Part shown: one piece after another, positions 60,290-64,000 of the stretch
Numbering within the stretch: the first letter of the stretch is position 1
Layout: every line of letters starts with the position of its first letter
DNA from: Aulosira sp. ZfuVER01
Lineage (GTDB): Bacteria > Cyanobacteriota > Cyanobacteriia > Cyanobacteriales > Nostocaceae
Length of the DNA: 64,000 nt
Assembly: GCA_034530615.2 (NCBI GenBank)
Contig: JAVRCV020000041.1
Coordinates: 202,906-266,905, forward strand
Direction: 5' to 3'
Made by a program: the position numbers and the translations under genes
The notes under the pieces: generated by a model
What the model was told of the DNA's origin: nothing
Database searches by the model: none
Seen by the model: only the letters and a program-made list of their open reading frames with translations

Positions 60290-62009
60290 ATGGATGAAGA
60301 GAAGATTTACGACACGATAGTGGTAGGTTCTGGCAATGGTGCCTGTGGGTTTCTGAGCCACTATCTTCAGGCTACTGCTAACAGAGCTATCCCCAAGCGA
60401 GTGTTAGTTGTGGAAGAAGGAGACAGCTTCTTTGAAACCAGCGACATCGCTCATCAAAATCACTGGAGCTCAGTCCTATGGCGAAGGAAGTATCTTCAAG
60501 CTCCACAATGCCCTTAATTTTGAGGGAATCCCAATCATATCGGGGTGGGCTTGCACTCAGGGCGGCGGCGGATCTATCAACTACACAATGATCCACGAGT
60601 CCTCTGAGTGGCTGAGTAAACACATTGGTAAGACTGTCAGCTACTGGGATGAACTAAAAGCAGAATTGGACAGCAAATTCAGGAGTCTGGATCTGCCAGT
60701 GGAGAGATCGCCCATCACCAAGCACGTTCTCCAGGTTGCCCAGAACGCTGGCTTTCGGTGCAGCACTGAGGTATGCGACACAGATGAAATCCGTAAAGTT
60801 CCCAACTATCGTGAGGGCAATGCCAAGCTACTGCATATCTTTCCCACGCAGTTCGATCAGTTTGGGCAACGCACATCTAGCGGTGTGTCGCTGGTGGATT
60901 GGTTTGATCCGCGGGTGGAACTGAAGATTCGATGCAAAGTTATCAAGCTTGAATTCTCAGATGATTCTGGTGAAGGTACGCGATGCGTGGCGGTGCATCT
61001 GCTGGATCTCGATACAGGAAGGAAAGAGCGTGTGTCCCTAACAGCTAACGATGGAAAGGTAATTCTCTGTGCAGGTGCTGCTACACCACGGCTGTTGTTG
61101 CCTCATCAGCAGAAACTTCAGAACGGCGAGATTGGGAAGCACGTCAGTGACCACATCTGTATGCCACTTGGTATCTACCTACTGGACAAGAATATTCAAG
61201 TCACGTCCCGAGACGCTTATATCCCTGTGTTTGCGACAACTGTAAGCCAAGCTGAACAAGCGTCATCTCCAACAGTCTGCGGCTTTGATTTCTTCGCAGG
61301 AGAATTTAAGGAACTTTGGTTCTTCATCTCTCACCTGTATCTAACTTTCCTTTTGCCAAACTGGTTCAAGAAGATCATGATTAAGACTCCTTGGCTATTT
61401 TGGATTGCAAAGAATGTGGTGAGAATGTTGATTTTATGGGTCAACCTCATAATTGACTTTTACTGGGGCTTTCACAACCTGAGCCGAGGTAAAGCCTGGC
61501 ACCACAAGCTAAATCTAGTCACTGCCATCGTCAAGTTTAACCCTGCTGTAGATGGGTACTACACAAGCGATCGCACTAGGATCAAATTGGGCTTCTTTGC
61601 CGAAGGAGAAGACTCAAATTCTAATCAAGACAAAGAGATAGCGAAGAATACGATTACAGAGCAACTCGATCTTCTAAGCTGCTTAGGAGAAAAGCCAAAC
61701 TGGATCTTCAAGAGTCTGTTTCGTCTGTTCACAAAGATTCCTTACGAGAAAAACCAGGTTGAACATTATGTGAATACATACAGTAAGAAGTTTTTGCTGT
61801 CAGAGCAGCACTTGTCAGGGGGATGCTTATTCAGTAAGGCGATTGATCCAGGGATGAACAATCCAGCGAATACAGGCAAGCTGTATGGTTCAGCCAACGT
61901 TTATGTGGCAGACCTTTCTTCCGTCCCCTTGCCACGAGTAAGCCCCCAAATGACTGCATACTTAATTGGCTTTCATGTTGCCAAAATGTTATGCGCTGAC
62001 AATAGCTAA
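60290..62009 (+). pseudogene. GMC-family FAD oxidoreductase with a +1 frameshift
   Basis: YDTIVVGSGNGA and VLVVEEG in one frame; GGGGSIN, VILCAGA, EQHLSGGC, VADLS in the next; shift near 60467. Confidence 0.78.
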
Positions 62010-62186
62010 TTAAAGTACAGTATATGTGCCGCCAGGTTAACTCTGATTGGCTGATGCGTATACAAAAGACTTGGTTGGTAAAAAATATAAGCCGATCGCG
62101 GCTAAGGCGATCGCAGTAGTAACTTGTACATCTGCCTACAGTGGTGGTGATTGGTAACGGGTAGGACTTAAGCACGCAAGAAACAG

Positions 62187-63128
62187 ATGAAGCTAACTCC
62201 GAAAACAGAATTTGATGAACCACTGCTCAAATTTGACTTCTCTAGCATTCATATTGGTGTTGCGGAATATGAATTAGCAAAAACTGGCTGCACAGTTTTC
62301 TATTTTCCCAAAGGTGCGATCGCATCTGTTGATATTCGAGGTGGTTCTCCGGGTACAATCATGGCGGGTGACGGTTGGGTAGATGCAATTTGCTACGCCG
62401 GAGGCTCAATTTATGGACTAGAAGCCGCCACTGGTGTATCCGCCGAATTATTTGCTTTGCGGAATTATGGCACTCATTGGTATGACATAGCTGTGGTACG
62501 GGGTGCGATTATTTTTGACTTTTTATCACGTAATAACTCGATTTACCCAGATAAAGAATTAGGAAGAGCAGCACTAAAAGCCGCAAAACCTAATATTTTT
62601 CCCTTAGGTGCAAGAGGGGCTGGCTGTTCTGCTACTGTCGGCAAAGTCTTCGACTTTAGCAATGCTGAATCCGCAGGACAAGGTGGTGCATTCCGTCAAA
62701 TCGGCAAGACGAAGTTAGCTGTATTTACTATTGTTAATGCGATCGGTGCAATTGTAGATCGTCACGGTCAAGTTGTGCGCGGGCTTTTAAATCCAAACAC
62801 AGGAGAAAGATGTCAAACTATCGATGATTTAGAAGAGCGAATCAATTTTCATCTGGATGCTAGAACCACTAAAGGAAATACAACTTTAACCTTAGTAGCT
62901 ACTAATCAAAAACTGGAATCGAAACAACTAAAACAGTTAGCAAAGCAAGTTCACGATTCAATGGCAAGAGCGATTCAACCGTTTCACACTCTTGATGATG
63001 GTGATGTTCTCTACGCTGTTAGCACCAACGAAGTTGAGAATAAGTATTTACAAACTACTGCTTTAGGCGTGCTAGCTTCCGAATTAGCATGGGATGCAGT
63101 CTTGAGTTGTTTTGCTGATGCTAGCTAA
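62187..63128 (+). CDS. P1/S58-family peptidase (DmpA-like)
   Basis: TGCTV, DIRGGSPGT, GGSIYGL, GNTT cleavage motif, PFHTLDDGD. Confidence 0.9.
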   Translation: MKLTPKTEFDEPLLKFDFSSIHIGVAEYELAKTGCTVFYFPKGAIASVDIRGGSPGTIMAGDGWVDAICYAGGSIYGLEAATGVSAELFALRNYGTHWYDIAVVRGAIIFDFLSRNNSIYPDKELGRAALKAAKPNIFPLGARGAGCSATVGKVFDFSNAESAGQGGAFRQIGKTKLAVFTIVNAIGAIVDRHGQVVRGLLNPNTGERCQTIDDLEERINFHLDARTTKGNTTLTLVATNQKLESKQLKQLAKQVHDSMARAIQPFHTLDDGDVLYAVSTNEVENKYLQTTALGVLASELAWDAVLSCFADAS

Positions 63129-63159
63129 CAGTGAGAAAAAGGCAGAGGGCAGGAGGTGA

Positions 63160-64000
63160 GCCACTGCGGAAGCTAGAGAGGATGAGTATCTTCAGGATTT
63201 TCGCAAATTTACTTCATCAATCGAGAAGTTTTTAATTTTTGAACGCGGTGCATTAAAAAACCAGCGTTCAAATAATGATATTAATAATTTGATTCAAAAA
63301 ACTCTGGCTTCTTTTAGTCAAGCTAAAAATACATTGGAGGGAACAATCCAACTTTCAGAAGCTGAGAAACAAAAAATTATAGAACAAATTGGAGAAGCCA
63401 GCGGGCGCGATGTCAAAATTAAACAAATAGCACAAAAAATCAAAAAAGAAGCATTAGCACAAGCAATTAAATCTTGGAATAAATGGTATCAAAATTTAAA
63501 TGAACACATGATTGCCAAAAGTCAATTTTGGTCTTCCGAACACAGCCCTGTTTGGAGCCGAGACAAACTGATAAAAGATTATACTAATCAATTTATGATA
63601 AGTTTGTCGGAAGAAATAGATAAATGGGGCAACGAAATACTCAAGAATATGATTTTGAGAGAATATGTTAAATTGTTAGATTCTAATATTGTGTATCACT
63701 TAGAGGCGATTCAAGCAGATGTTAAAAATATAGATATAGCAGTAAAAACTAATTTTATTAATCAATTTAAACCATCAATTAACGGTATAAATGATGATTT
63801 TATGGGTTTCGGAGGTATAGGTGGCGGTATTGGTATAGGTGGTGCATTGGCCGCTGCATTATTTGTATTTACAGGGGTTGGTTTTATTGCACTAATTGTC
63901 ACTAGTGTTGTAGCTGCAATTGCTGGTTCTTTTGGTCTAGGGATGTTATACCAATTCTCTAAAATCCGGCAACAGATAGAGCCTCAAGAATGTGCTTTCG
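63160..64000 (+). pseudogene. 5'-truncated dynamin-like protein fragment
   Basis: Open frame after TGA 63157 with no start: DEYLQDFRKFTSSIEKFLIFERG, helical stalk, Gly-rich paddle GFGGIGGGIGIGGALAAALFVFTGVG; no GTPase motifs. Confidence 0.6.

Overview
A 64-kb window from a filamentous, most likely Nostocales, cyanobacterium. This assignment rests on very frequent HIP1 octamers (GCGATCGC), 7-9-nt STRR tandem repeats, SDR/MITE-type small repeats and a typical gene set. Core and metabolic genes include a PfkB kinase, cysQ, rbp-rpsU, an ArnT-like transferase, a MarR-EmrA-MFS-EmrB efflux locus, ftsX, def, recJ, pfkA, a multicopper oxidase, three DUF2382 genes, KirBac and a P1 peptidase. These alternate with a dense set of NTPase signalling/conflict loci: (i) a caspase-STAND NTPase divergent from a Trypco1-like gene (1-2.9 kb); (ii) an HTH-NB-ARC-WD40 gene divergent from a palindrome-containing promoter and two small membrane-protein genes (20.6-25.2 kb); (iii) a 33-46 kb island. 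The island holds an aspartyl protease, a CHAT-TIR-AAA_35 / AAA_35-TM-WD40 pair bracketed by palindromic repeats, a 21-bp palindrome array, a hydrophobic Gly/Ala-rich protein and a second HTH-AAA / TM-AAA pair. Also present are a Cya2-like nucleotide cyclase with guanylyl-type residues, a C39 transporter-precursor-HlyD peptide export cluster, and three disrupted genes (GNAT nonsense, GMC oxidoreductase frameshift, truncated dynamin-like gene). No rRNA, tRNA, CRISPR array or intact transposase was seen. All family assignments come from motif recognition by eye, not from database searches.
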